Shown piece by piece: positions 8,194-18,182 of a stretch of DNA of 64,000 nucleotides. Numbering within the stretch: the first letter of the stretch is position 1; each line of letters starts with the position of its first letter. Made by a program: the position numbers and the translations under genes. The notes beneath the pieces are model-generated. The model saw only the letters and a program-made list of their open reading frames with translations, was not told where the DNA came from and did not search any database. Source of the DNA: Fervidobacterium sp. (GTDB taxonomy: Bacteria > Thermotogota > Thermotogae > Thermotogales > Fervidobacteriaceae); contig DAOROH010000003.1 in the NCBI GenBank assembly GCA_035520515.1, positions 2,754 through 66,753 of the forward strand, read 5' to 3'.

Positions 8194-9873
8194 TCAATCG
8201 TTTTCGTTGTAGTAATTGAACCTTCTGCCATCGTCCTGTATCTCTATCGTCTTTTCCAATTTGATATCTCCGGAATCCTTCGAATATGTAAAAACACATT
8301 TTTCCAAATCTGTTATTGACAGCAGATCACATCCATGAACGCCACAACTTGTGATGTTGTATTGTCCAGACATGATTCCACTTAGAAGTACCTTTCTTTT
8401 CCCATATTTTCTGTATTCTGAGACAACATTCCATAGTCCATCATCGATTTCGTAGGAGAGATTATCACTTTGGATGATCATGTTGTCTAATAGCAATGAG
8501 ACCAATGTGTACAACTCTCTTTGCACATCAGAAAGTTGCGTATCAACTTTTCTAAGCATCAAACAATCTGGGTCGTTCCACCACCATATACCGTTGATGT
8601 ACCACCTTGTTAAAGCATTCCTGAGTGCGTAATACGCGTTTGGATGACCAATGTCAGGTCCATTAGCATCCCAATAAGGTGCAGTATCTGGTCCAATGCG
8701 CATTCCATCAACGTAGCCAACGGAGGGAAGCAGAGGTGCACCACAGCCCAAGACAAAAGAGTCGCCAACCGCTTGTCTGATCGTATTCAGCCCTTGAGTA
8801 TACGCTTGAACGGGAGTAACGTTTTCAAATCGTTTACCTTGTATTGCCGCGGCGAATAGAAAATCTATTTTGAAATACTCAAAGCCACAATCTTTCAGAT
8901 GTTCAAAAAGACTTGTCAACCAATCCACAGCTCGTGGCACAGTTGTATCTAAAGCGTATATCTTCTTATTCCAATTTTCGTAAGCCACCTTCGGATTACC
9001 GTTCCCATCTTTTACGAGCCAATCTGGATGTTCCATAAATAATGTAGAAGTTTCAGAAACACTGAACGGTGCAAGCCATATACCTGGTATGTAGCCGTAC
9101 TCCTTTATCTTAGCAGCAACTTTTTCAAGGGATGGGAATTTATTGTTTGGTGTCCAATCACCTATATCAACTTCCCAAGCATCATCGATCTGAAAAACGT
9201 CGTATCCCTTTCCGCGAGCGTTTTCTAAATCAGCGCACATCTTCTCATAATCAAAATCAACAAAATATTGATACCAACTAGACCAACCAATCAATCTTTT
9301 ATCTGATATATTGACTACATTCTCTTTAGCCACTAAGTCTGCATAGTATGGAAGCGTGACCTCCGGCTTATCTAATAAAATAACAATCGTTTCTGTCTCA
9401 TTCCACTCGTTAAAGTTCATTCCGAAATACTTGAGTTTGACTGAAACTTCGTCTCCATCTATTTGGAAATATGGATGTGCAACTTTGCTAGATAGGCAAC
9501 CAACAAAGAAACGGTCAGATGCTACGTAATAATCACTTAAAAGATTATCGAAGTACGATTCTGGCATGATCGATGCACTGAAACCAAATTTCTGGATAAG
9601 CTCTTTCGGAAAGTTAAGCTGAAAATCCTTTTGAATGACCTTCGATGGCCCCCAAGATTGCCAATTGTTCACCAACAACTTATCTGGTCTCTTGAACTTG
9701 AATACTTCAACCTCATCAACGTACCCTTTAAGGTAGCCTTTAATCTTGAAACCAAGGTGCAGTTTCTCTATTTCGACAATCAATTCAAAGCCATCTTCTT
9801 TTCTGTATCCTGCAATCTTTTTCATGTCGATATCACTGAAATTCTCAAGGTCTATGATTTGCGAAATGTTCAT
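8194..9873 (-). CDS. Alpha-galactosidase, GH36 (Thermotoga GalA type)
   Basis: NNWQSWG, GWSSWYQY, FQIDDAW, YFKIDFL (nucleophile), MRIGPD (acid/base) and NDPD motifs. Confidence 0.92.
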   Translation of the reverse strand: MNISQIIDLENFSDIDMKKIAGYRKEDGFELIVEIEKLHLGFKIKGYLKGYVDEVEVFKFKRPDKLLVNNWQSWGPSKVIQKDFQLNFPKELIQKFGFSASIMPESYFDNLLSDYYVASDRFFVGCLSSKVAHPYFQIDGDEVSVKLKYFGMNFNEWNETETIVILLDKPEVTLPYYADLVAKENVVNISDKRLIGWSSWYQYFVDFDYEKMCADLENARGKGYDVFQIDDAWEVDIGDWTPNNKFPSLEKVAAKIKEYGYIPGIWLAPFSVSETSTLFMEHPDWLVKDGNGNPKVAYENWNKKIYALDTTVPRAVDWLTSLFEHLKDCGFEYFKIDFLFAAAIQGKRFENVTPVQAYTQGLNTIRQAVGDSFVLGCGAPLLPSVGYVDGMRIGPDTAPYWDANGPDIGHPNAYYALRNALTRWYINGIWWWNDPDCLMLRKVDTQLSDVQRELYTLVSLLLDNMIIQSDNLSYEIDDGLWNVVSEYRKYGKRKVLLSGIMSGQYNITSCGVHGCDLLSITDLEKCVFTYSKDSGDIKLEKTIEIQDDGRRFNYYNEND

Positions 9874-9955
9874 GTCATTGCGAGCACTATCAACTTCTTC
9901 TCATTCGAAATTTGAGAAGGACGTGCTCTCCCCTCCTTCCGATTTTAGTCAAGAT

Positions 9956-10957
9956 TCAAGCAGATTTTCTTTCAATGAGTTTAACATCAAGTACGATTTC
10001 CTTTGCTGTCATCTTTGCTTTGGATTTTACACTTTCCAATAGTAGTTCAAACGCAGTCTGGCCCTCTAATATTTTGTCGATGGCAACCGTTGTCAGTGAT
10101 GGTGAGATATACTTTGCATAACTTATATCATCATATCCAACTACTGAAACATCTTCTGGAATTCTCTTACCAAACTCTTTCAACGCTTCGATGGCACCGA
10201 TGGCAAAGATATCATTGAAACAGAACATCCCATCAAATCTTAAACCAGAAAGAAGAAGTTCCTTTGTTTTGTTGTATGCACTCTCAACCCCTTCAGGAAT
10301 TTCGTACACGAGTTCGTCAAGGTATTTAATGCCATTATCTTTCAAAGCGTTTACATATCCTTCAAATCTCATTTGAGCAACAGATTTGTACGATAAACCA
10401 TTTAAGAGTACTATGCGCTTTCTGCCCTTTTTTATGAGGTAATCTGTAGCCAAAAATCCACCTGTTACATCATCTGTGTGCACTTCTGGCAACTTCAACT
10501 CCTTGAAATGAACACCAAGAATAATCGTTGGAATGTTTAGATTTGCAAGAGATTCTATATCTTCAAATCTTTCTTGTGTTGGAGTAATTATGAGCCCGTC
10601 AACCCTCCGGCTGATCATCGTCTTAATTGCATCCTCTTCGATATCGTAATCTTTTTCCGTGTTCATCAGTATGACATTGAAATTATGCTCTCTTGCTTTC
10701 ATCTCTATGCCTTTGAATACCTCTGAAAAAAACGGATTTGAACTATCCTCAAAGATGACTCCAATAACTCTTGTGAGTCCGTATCTAAGAGAAAGCGCGG
10801 TTGCATCTCTCACATACCCTAACTCTCTTGCAACTTTAAGTACTTTCTCTTTAGTCTCTTCATTTACATCCGGTTTGTCATTAAGTGCCCTGGAAACAGT
10901 ATTTATCGAAACACCCGCAGCGTTTGCAACATCTCTAATCGTGACAAATTTCTTCAA
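9956..10957 (-). CDS. LacI-family transcriptional regulator (GalR-like)
   Basis: TIRDVANAAGVSINTVSRALN HTH followed by a periplasmic-binding-protein-like core (IPEDVSVVGYDD). GGAGG SD before TTG. Confidence 0.93.
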   Translation of the reverse strand: MKKFVTIRDVANAAGVSINTVSRALNDKPDVNEETKEKVLKVARELGYVRDATALSLRYGLTRVIGVIFEDSSNPFFSEVFKGIEMKAREHNFNVILMNTEKDYDIEEDAIKTMISRRVDGLIITPTQERFEDIESLANLNIPTIILGVHFKELKLPEVHTDDVTGGFLATDYLIKKGRKRIVLLNGLSYKSVAQMRFEGYVNALKDNGIKYLDELVYEIPEGVESAYNKTKELLLSGLRFDGMFCFNDIFAIGAIEALKEFGKRIPEDVSVVGYDDISYAKYISPSLTTVAIDKILEGQTAFELLLESVKSKAKMTAKEIVLDVKLIERKSA

Positions 10958-11001
10958 CGTTCTCTACCTCCAATCGATCTGAAACCATCCTCCATTTGAA
11001 T

Positions 11002-12846
11002 CTATTTTATCACTTTTCTCAACTCAAATGGCTCTAATTTCAGTTTCTGCGAATTGAGGTAGATTACGTTTGGTGAGTTTCTTAAATTTAGGATATACAT
11101 ATTGTCACTATCTTCTGCAAACTGAACATCGCTTCCGACTATTCTCAAAGGCAATTTATCATGCAGAATTTCAATCCAAGTATTTTCATCGAGAACTGAT
11201 GTTACGTAAAATCGCTCCTTTCCACTCGATGTGTTTAATGTCAAAGCTGGTGTTCCATCGACGAAGGCACTGACCACCTTCGCACCGTTTAATTCTACCT
11301 CGTCTTGCCAGTACCTTGCACGATGTGGCACATTGTTTAGCAACATTTCCTTGTCATCTATGGCACCAAAATCGACAACTTCTATGCCAAATTCTTCTGT
11401 CAAACCTTCGGGCGCATTCTCAACGATCCAATTCTTTTCATCCTTAAGGCCACTCATGCAAGTCATGTAGACAGGTCCTTTAAAATCTTTGATTTTATTG
11501 ACAAAGGTTTTTTCAATTTTGAATGCATACGGTACTATCAATACATCATACTCTTCAAGGTCGTCATCTGAAAAGACAAAGTCAACGTTGGAACCGATTC
11601 TTCTCACTGCCTTGTAGATTTCAACAACACTATCCCAATATCTGAAATCTCTGTTTATGTGGTTTATTCTGTGAATCCATTCATTTTCATAGTCAAAATA
11701 TATTGCCACTCGCCTAATGGGATTTACTACCCCACACGTTTCCTCTCTTGCCTTTGAAAATTCCACCAGTCTTTTGGTCGGTCTTGAAGCGTAATCAAGC
11801 AGACCACCGTGATACTGCTCAGCACCGAATCTTATTTGATCAAATCGAAAAACCATTACACCAAGAGCACCGTCGACGTACGCCTGCTTAGTCCACATCC
11901 CAAGATACTCGCCTGGATAATTCTCATTCCTCTGTCTCCAATTAACGCGTCCGGGCTGCTGTTCCATCACCAAAAATGGGGATTTCTTTAGTGACCTCAT
12001 CATTACATGATTTGCAGATTGACGCAACGGGTCATAATCATCGGTAGCAACGTAGTTATCCCAAGAAACGATGTCAATATATCTCGCCATCTTTTTATAA
12101 TCAAGATCCATGAAGTCTACCATGAAATTGTGTGTAATTGGTTTGTCGGAATACTTTCGGATGATTTCTATCTGTGCATTCATGAAATCAATAGTGCTAT
12201 CTGACATGAATCTGTGGATATCGAGCATTTGATGAGGGTTTTCAAACGTTGGTGTGTTCAATGGAAAAACTATCTCATCCCAATCATCGTAAGTCTGACT
12301 CCAAAAGATAGTGCCCCATGCAGCATTCAAGTTTTCCAGAGTACCATATCTTTTTTTCAACCATTCGATGAATGCCTTTCTATCATTTTCCGTAAACGAA
12401 AATTTTGTGCCATGGCAGCCAAATTCGTTATCCACTTGCCACATATCTGCAGCATCTGCATAATGCTGTACATATTCTCCAACCAATCGCATTGCATACT
12501 GCCTAAATATCGGAGAATTCGGCGTATAGTGACGTCTACTGCCAGGTTCTCTGACCCTACCCGAACGATCCATTGGCAAAATTTCAGGATACTTCTTGAC
12601 AAGCCATGCAGGTGGTGTTGCGGTAGGCGTGCCAAAAATGATCTTAATGCCATTATCACGTAATTTATCAACCGCCCTATCGAGGATTGTAAAATCGAAA
12701 ACGCCATCGATGGGCTCAATCAAAGCCCAATCGAATTCCCCGATTCTCACCCATTCAATACCATACTCCTTCATTATCTTGATATGCTCATCCCACATAC
12801 TTTGACTCCAATGCTCTGGATAATAATCTGCACCATATACATGCAT
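11002..12846 (-). CDS. Beta-galactosidase, GH42
   Basis: YGADYYPEHW, RIGEFDW, TPTATPPAW, WQVDNE (acid/base) and VMEQQPG (nucleophile). Confidence 0.94.
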   Translation of the reverse strand: MHVYGADYYPEHWSQSMWDEHIKIMKEYGIEWVRIGEFDWALIEPIDGVFDFTILDRAVDKLRDNGIKIIFGTPTATPPAWLVKKYPEILPMDRSGRVREPGSRRHYTPNSPIFRQYAMRLVGEYVQHYADAADMWQVDNEFGCHGTKFSFTENDRKAFIEWLKKRYGTLENLNAAWGTIFWSQTYDDWDEIVFPLNTPTFENPHQMLDIHRFMSDSTIDFMNAQIEIIRKYSDKPITHNFMVDFMDLDYKKMARYIDIVSWDNYVATDDYDPLRQSANHVMMRSLKKSPFLVMEQQPGRVNWRQRNENYPGEYLGMWTKQAYVDGALGVMVFRFDQIRFGAEQYHGGLLDYASRPTKRLVEFSKAREETCGVVNPIRRVAIYFDYENEWIHRINHINRDFRYWDSVVEIYKAVRRIGSNVDFVFSDDDLEEYDVLIVPYAFKIEKTFVNKIKDFKGPVYMTCMSGLKDEKNWIVENAPEGLTEEFGIEVVDFGAIDDKEMLLNNVPHRARYWQDEVELNGAKVVSAFVDGTPALTLNTSSGKERFYVTSVLDENTWIEILHDKLPLRIVGSDVQFAEDSDNMYILNLRNSPNVIYLNSQKLKLEPFELRKVIK

Positions 12847-12890
12847 ACTAAAGCTCCCTTCTGTGTTTGTATTACCGTTGACATTGTGAT

Positions 12891-12904
12891 TGGTAACGTT
12901 ACCG
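12891..12904. promoter_or_regulatory. LacI-type operator of the galactoside operon
   Basis: Perfect palindrome GGTAACGTTACC (12892-12903) with central CG, ~45 bp upstream of the first gene of an operon that encodes a LacI regulator. Confidence 0.7.
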
Positions 12905-13065
12905 GTACTGTTACTATTTAATCAGAAAATCGGAATACCTCAAAACACGGAAATCTGTCTATTTTTGCTCTTTTAATCGTGTGTCGGCAATGATTTGAAT
13001 ATATCACCGTATTTTAACGTTTTTTTCACTTGCATAACCCAAATGATGTGGTAATATTAGTTCGT

Positions 13066-14304
13066 ATGGCTAAATATATGAACCCTTATAGGGCACTTAA
13101 AAATAAAGGATATCGGAATTTCTGGACGGTACAAAGTATATCGCTTATAGGCTCGTGGGTTGATACCACTCTGAGAGGGTGGGTAGCTGTTAATTTGTTT
13201 TCAGAGGACAAAGCCGCTGGTTTTATTGGGCTGATCGCCTTTCTAAAAGGGTTCCCATCTGTTTTCTTCTCACCAATTGCCGGTGTATTTATAGATTGGT
13301 TTGGTGCAAAATCCATTCTCTTCATGACTCAACTTGTGGATGCCATAAATGCGTTTATAATGGCCTTCTTGGTTTGGAAAGGCATACTTTCTCCAATTCA
13401 GCTCATGATTTTAAGCCTTTTGATGGGGGTAACATCGGGATTTTATCTTCCTTCGAGGAATAATTTCATTGCCGGTATTGTCAATAGAGATTTATTACCA
13501 AATGCCTTGGCACTCCATGCAATGATTTTCAACGTTGCAAGGATGGTCGGGCCTACATTGGCAGGTTTCATTGTAGAATCATATGGTTTAGAATTTGGAT
13601 TTTTGGTCAATGTGATTTCCTTTGTTCCATTGTTGATAGTTCTGCCATTCATAAAGGAAGATTTTCAAAAAAGTGCAGAAAGGAAGTCTTTTGGCGATTT
13701 CTTTTCTGACCTGAAGGAAGGTTTTTATTACACTTTCAACAATGCAACGTTGCGCAATACGTTGTTGTCTCTTTCCATCTATTCGGTCTTTGGAATGCCT
13801 TTTGGCCAACTCATGCAGGCTTTCGTAAAGAATGTTATGCATTCAGACATAACCGGATACAGCTTTATCATGGGTGCGATGGGGGTTGGTGCATTCATAG
13901 GTGCGAATTTGGTCAGCATGCTGCCACCAGAAAGATTGATAACTCTCCATGAAGAGTATCTACTGCTAATAAACGGCATAAGTATCACCCTTGCGTCTAT
14001 CTTTCCCAACTTTACGCTTGTTGCCTCTTTAATAATTGGTGCAGCTCAATCATCGTTTTTCAATATAACCAACAGTAGAACACAACTTACATCTCCGAAC
14101 AACATGCGCGGTAGAACGATGGCAGTTTATTCGTTTGTCAACAACGGTGGTTCTCCGATTGGTAGCTTTGCCTTAGGTCTGCTCTCAAATGCCATCGGCA
14201 CACGTGTTTCGTATCTGCTTTCTGGTTTGATAATAGTTGCTTTCTGCACTTGGAAAATGATGCCAGCAATCCAAAACATAGTGAGCAAACAAAGCAAGAG
14301 TTAA
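13066..14304 (+). CDS. MFS transporter (DUF894/H+ antiporter-like)
   Basis: About 12 hydrophobic segments. ALKNKGYRNFW..QSISLIGSW, FNVARMVGP and MRGRTMAVY motifs. Start uncertain (13066 or 13078). Confidence 0.85.
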   Translation: MAKYMNPYRALKNKGYRNFWTVQSISLIGSWVDTTLRGWVAVNLFSEDKAAGFIGLIAFLKGFPSVFFSPIAGVFIDWFGAKSILFMTQLVDAINAFIMAFLVWKGILSPIQLMILSLLMGVTSGFYLPSRNNFIAGIVNRDLLPNALALHAMIFNVARMVGPTLAGFIVESYGLEFGFLVNVISFVPLLIVLPFIKEDFQKSAERKSFGDFFSDLKEGFYYTFNNATLRNTLLSLSIYSVFGMPFGQLMQAFVKNVMHSDITGYSFIMGAMGVGAFIGANLVSMLPPERLITLHEEYLLLINGISITLASIFPNFTLVASLIIGAAQSSFFNITNSRTQLTSPNNMRGRTMAVYSFVNNGGSPIGSFALGLLSNAIGTRVSYLLSGLIIVAFCTWKMMPAIQNIVSKQSKS

Positions 14305-14444
14305 TAAACCGCATAGACATTATTTTTCTTGTGTCAACTCTTCGTTTACTTCCATATCCGACTACCTAAAGAAAATAGTTGTCCTTTTCTCTTCCATTCC
14401 TTCTGAAGCTTAATCAACTATAGCTTGAGTATTATTTGTATAAA

Positions 14445-14463
14445 CTACTATGTATGGTATAAT
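14445..14463 (+). promoter_or_regulatory. Possible NrdR box overlapping the -10 of nrdJ
   Basis: CTACTATGTATGGTAT resembles the NrdR consensus acaCwAtATaTwGtgt and overlaps TATAAT (14458-14463) upstream of an RNR gene. Confidence 0.4.
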
Positions 14464-14566
14464 ACAGAACGTGGTAGAGGGGATATTCTACAAGAATTAC
14501 GTCTAACTGGTCTTATATTGTCTTTGCCAATTTAGTCAATTTTTTGAATTTCAAGGAGGGAAGTTT

Positions 14567-17098
14567 ATGAAACAGTTTAGTGCTTTGAGTGCTTTGGTAA
14601 ATCATTGGTCACATGTGGACCCGTCTATGAATGCTTACAAGATACTTACGGAACGTTATTTTCTCAAAACACCTGAAGGAGAATTTCTCGAAAAGGAATG
14701 GTCTGACGTATGTAGAAGAGTTGCTCGAGTCGTTGCAACTGCTGAGCTTGTTAACAATCCATCGCTGCAAGATGCAACAGATGACGAGAAGCTTGGCACA
14801 GTAAAATCCTGGGAGGACACTTTCTACAATTTTATGCTCTCTAGAATCTTCATCCCAAATAGTCCAACGCTCTTCAATGCAGGTATGGGGGTTAGGCACG
14901 AATTACTCTGGAAGCCTATCGATGAGATGAATCTTGAAGATTATTGGGAGATATACAATTCCAGAAATCACCTCCACATGTTATCAGCTTGTTTTGTTGT
15001 TCCTATTGAAGACAGCATAGAGAGCATTTTTAATTCTGTGAAAGAGTATGCACTGATAACAAAGGCCGGCGGCGGAATAGGTAGCAACTTTTCAAGGCTT
15101 AGACCAAAGGGGAGCTTTGTCGCTGGGACTCATGGCCAAGCAAGTGGTCCTGTTTCTTTTATGCATGTCTTTAATTCAGCAGTAGGTGTTGTTGAACAAG
15201 GTTATAGAAGGCGTGGAGCGTTAATGGGAATATTGAACATAGACCATCCGGATATTGAAGAATTCATCACCGCAAAGGAAGGCAACGATGGTGAAAAGGT
15301 CTTGAAATTCTTCAACATATCTGTTGGAATTCCAATGGATAGGCAAGAATTGTTGAAGCTCTACATGGAAGATGGTGAGATAGAGCTTCATCATCCAAAG
15401 TATGTTGGAGAGAGACGTATAAAGGTGAGAGAGATAATCAATAGAATGGCAAGGAATGCTTGGAAGACCGGAGACCCGGGACTTGCTTTCCTTGGTGAGA
15501 TGAACAAGTACTATGCAATGTACCCTGAGATGAAGATTGAAAGTACCAACCCATGTGGCGAGATTGGGCTTGCACCATACGAGGCATGTAACTTGGGTTC
15601 TATAGATGTTGCAAAGTTTTACATGAATGGTGAATTCAATTGGGAAGCATTTGCTCAAGCTACTAGGTTGGCGGTGAGATTCTTAGATAACATCATAGAT
15701 GTCAATGTATTCCCACTCGATAAAATAACCGAAGCGGTTAGGAATAGCAGGAGAATTGGTTTGGGTATCATGGGTTTCGCGGACTTGCTTTATCAACTTG
15801 ATATCCAGTATGACTCTCTAGAAGGGCGTCAGTTTGCAGCAGATATGACTGCATTCATGGCGCTGCATGGTCACGATGAGTCAAATAAGCTTGCACATGA
15901 GAAGGGTAGTTTCCCACTATTTGAGAAGAGCAGGTATGCAAGGGAGGAAGATTTCGCCCCATTTGCAATGGGTATGAGTAGATTTGATGAAGAATTGAAG
16001 CAAGTTATGAAGGAATCTAAGAATGGTAAGAGAAATGTCGCGGTTCTAACGATTGCACCAACAGGCTCTATTTCAAATATAGCTGATACGAGTAGCGGAC
16101 TTGAGCCAAATTTCTTGATTGCTTACGTTAGATATATGAACAAACATGACGGGACAAAAGAAGCACTCTTTTACATAAATAAAATCCTTGAATCAAAACT
16201 TGAACCAACAGTGCTCGAGAAGATAAAAGATAAGCTTGTTGAGATTGGTAGTGTGAAGAATTTTGAAGAGATACCCGAAAATGTAAGAAAAGTATTTGTG
16301 ACCGCCATGGATATCTCACCTATGGATCATTTATTGATGCAAGATGCATTCCAAAGATATGTAGACAACAACATATCAAAAACAATAAACATGTCCAATT
16401 CTGCAACGGAAGAAGACGTACTGAACATATATCTCGAAGCTATGAAGCTCAACATCAGGGGACTTACAATTTACAGAGATGGCTCATTGCAAACTCAAGT
16501 CTTAACATCTACAAAAACGCTGAAAACGAAAGATGCACCGAAGGTACAGTTTTTTGTACTCGATGAGAAACACAAGTTGAGACCAAAACCTAGAAAAGAT
16601 ACACTGCGTAGTGTAACTAGAAAATTAAAAACTGAGACTGGTACAACATACATTACCGTGAGTTTTGACGACAACGGCGAGGCGGTTGAAATCTTCTTGT
16701 CAAATGGAACAGAACTGGCAGAGGCTATCGGAAGGTTATCTTCTATAGCACTTAGAGCTGGCGTTTCGGCAGATGAGATTTTGGAGCAACTGAGGAAGGT
16801 AAAGGGCACTTATACACCAACTTTAGCTAAAGAGATTAAAAGCGCAGTAGATGATTTTGTAGAACTTTGGGGCGAAACTACGTCTGAAAATTACGACACA
16901 TTCGTAATAGATGGAACGGTGAAAAGTGCAGAAGAGATAGAGAAATTTGTTACAGCCAATGGATTACAATGGAGCGAAGGATTCTACGTAGATAGTGATG
17001 GTAACACCTACTGCCCATCATGCCTATCGAAGAACAGTATACTAAAACAAGAAGGGTGCACGAGTTGTAAGAAATGCGGATGGAGTAAGTGCAGCTGA
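14567..17098 (+). CDS. nrdJ: Adenosylcobalamin-dependent (class II) ribonucleotide reductase
   Basis: PNSPTLFNAG, SACFV, RRGALM, TNPCGE and IAPTGSIS motifs. TSCPD-like domain and C-terminal CPSC..EGCTSCKKCGWSKC. No small subunit nearby. Confidence 0.93.
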   Translation: MKQFSALSALVNHWSHVDPSMNAYKILTERYFLKTPEGEFLEKEWSDVCRRVARVVATAELVNNPSLQDATDDEKLGTVKSWEDTFYNFMLSRIFIPNSPTLFNAGMGVRHELLWKPIDEMNLEDYWEIYNSRNHLHMLSACFVVPIEDSIESIFNSVKEYALITKAGGGIGSNFSRLRPKGSFVAGTHGQASGPVSFMHVFNSAVGVVEQGYRRRGALMGILNIDHPDIEEFITAKEGNDGEKVLKFFNISVGIPMDRQELLKLYMEDGEIELHHPKYVGERRIKVREIINRMARNAWKTGDPGLAFLGEMNKYYAMYPEMKIESTNPCGEIGLAPYEACNLGSIDVAKFYMNGEFNWEAFAQATRLAVRFLDNIIDVNVFPLDKITEAVRNSRRIGLGIMGFADLLYQLDIQYDSLEGRQFAADMTAFMALHGHDESNKLAHEKGSFPLFEKSRYAREEDFAPFAMGMSRFDEELKQVMKESKNGKRNVAVLTIAPTGSISNIADTSSGLEPNFLIAYVRYMNKHDGTKEALFYINKILESKLEPTVLEKIKDKLVEIGSVKNFEEIPENVRKVFVTAMDISPMDHLLMQDAFQRYVDNNISKTINMSNSATEEDVLNIYLEAMKLNIRGLTIYRDGSLQTQVLTSTKTLKTKDAPKVQFFVLDEKHKLRPKPRKDTLRSVTRKLKTETGTTYITVSFDDNGEAVEIFLSNGTELAEAIGRLSSIALRAGVSADEILEQLRKVKGTYTPTLAKEIKSAVDDFVELWGETTSENYDTFVIDGTVKSAEEIEKFVTANGLQWSEGFYVDSDGNTYCPSCLSKNSILKQEGCTSCKKCGWSKCS

Positions 17099-17126
17099 TA
17101 CGATGAAAATCCTCTAAGAGTAAGAA

Positions 17127-17171
17127 GAAAAGGAGTACTTATCACACAAGATGTGAAGTACTCCTTTTTTT
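17127..17171. terminator. Bidirectional terminator between nrdJ and rex
   Basis: AAAAGGAGTACTT...AAGTACTCCTTTT inverted repeat with A and T tracts on both sides, between convergent genes. Confidence 0.75.
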
Positions 17172-17206
17172 CAAAACTCTTGCCAGATAGATGATAAATA
17201 AAGTAA

Positions 17207-17851
17207 TTAGTCATTTGATGTATCAAGTAAATCAAGGGACGATTTTTTCACAACGTTGTAAGCAATTGTTTCGAAAGAAAGTGTAATGTCAACATCCTCA
17301 ACAGGCACATTGGTGCGCAATCTCACCGGTGCAAAATTTACGATTCCCTTTATACCTGATTTCTCAAGTAACTCCGCAACATGTTGAGCTGCAAATTCTG
17401 GTACCGCTATAACACCTATCTCTATCTTTAGTTCGTTAACTGTCCTTTCAAGATCACTTATATCGTAGACTGTTATACCTGAAACCTTCTTTCCAATCTT
17501 CTGTTGGTTGTTGTCAAACAGTGCTACTACACGGAATTTATGCTTGCTTAATCCCGGATAACTAGTCAATGCACTCCCAAGATTTCCTGCACCGACTATC
17601 GCAACGTTCCATTCTTTATTCACACCTATGATGTGTGCAATCTCATTGAGAAGTTTTTTTACATCGTATCCAAGTCCCCTCTTACCGAATTCCCCGAAAT
17701 ATGAAAGGTCCTTCCTAACTTGGCTTGGCTTTATATTCAATTTTTCAGCTATGTCCTGTGATGACACAAAATCAACGCCGTCTTCCCTGTAATTTGATAG
17801 ACAACGATAGTAGAGTCCTAATCTCTTCACAGTTGGTCTTGGTATTTTCAC
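17207..17851 (-). CDS. rex: Redox-sensing transcriptional repressor Rex
   Basis: IPRPTVKRL..Y, QVRKDLSYFGEFGKRGLGY, VGAGNLG Rossmann motif and NFAP. G-rich SD before GTG at 17851. Confidence 0.96.
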   Translation of the reverse strand: MKIPRPTVKRLGLYYRCLSNYREDGVDFVSSQDIAEKLNIKPSQVRKDLSYFGEFGKRGLGYDVKKLLNEIAHIIGVNKEWNVAIVGAGNLGSALTSYPGLSKHKFRVVALFDNNQQKIGKKVSGITVYDISDLERTVNELKIEIGVIAVPEFAAQHVAELLEKSGIKGIVNFAPVRLRTNVPVEDVDITLSFETIAYNVVKKSSLDLLDTSND

Positions 17852-17892
17852 GGTACCCCCCCTTTCGTCATTTTCTGTCTGGTATTTGATGT

Positions 17893-17910
17893 TAGTGATG
17901 TTATTCACAA
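17893..17910 (-). promoter_or_regulatory. Rex operator (autoregulation)
   Basis: TTGTGAATAACATCACTA has 2 mismatches to TTGTGAAnnnnTTCACAA and sits directly downstream of the promoter TTGAAA-18 bp-TAGAAT (17939-17910). Confidence 0.75.
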
Positions 17911-17956
17911 TTCTACCATAACTTACATTGTTTTTTCAAGTTCACATTTACATATG

Positions 17957-17985
17957 AAAAATCGGGACCTTAACAAGGTCCCGAT
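17957..17985 (-). terminator. Intrinsic terminator after tRNA-Asp
   Basis: ATCGGGACCTT/AAGGTCCCGAT stem followed by a T run on the minus strand. Confidence 0.8.
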
Positions 17986-17993
17986 CTCACTTG

Positions 17994-18072
17994 TGGCGGG
18001 GACGACGGGATTTGAACCCGCGGCCACCGGTGTGACAGACCGGCGTGCTAAACCAGGCTGCACCACGTCCCC
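17994..18072 (-). tRNA. tRNA-Asp (anticodon GTC)
   Basis: Cloverleaf with GGGGACG/CGTCCCC acceptor stem, CCGGT-CTGTCAC-ACCGG anticodon arm, GGTTCAAATCC T-arm and encoded CCA. TTGACA promoter upstream at ~18136. Confidence 0.97.
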
Positions 18073-18182
18073 ACTTCTCTAGTCGCATTTCATTGCTGAC
18101 CGGTGTCTATTGTGCCATAAATTCTTGGATTTGTCAATAGTATTTTTTCCTTTTCATCCCTAATAGTGAGAATTCTACGTGA

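Noticed and set aside
14305-17098. Intein or intron in nrdJ, or a cobalamin riboswitch upstream
   Set aside because: The protein length and motif spacing look normal with no intein termini, and the upstream region lacks a B12-box-like sequence.
17994-18072. tRNA-Asp as an integration site for an island or prophage
   Set aside because: It is flanked by its own terminator and core genes (rex, lysA). No integrase or duplicated 3' end was seen.
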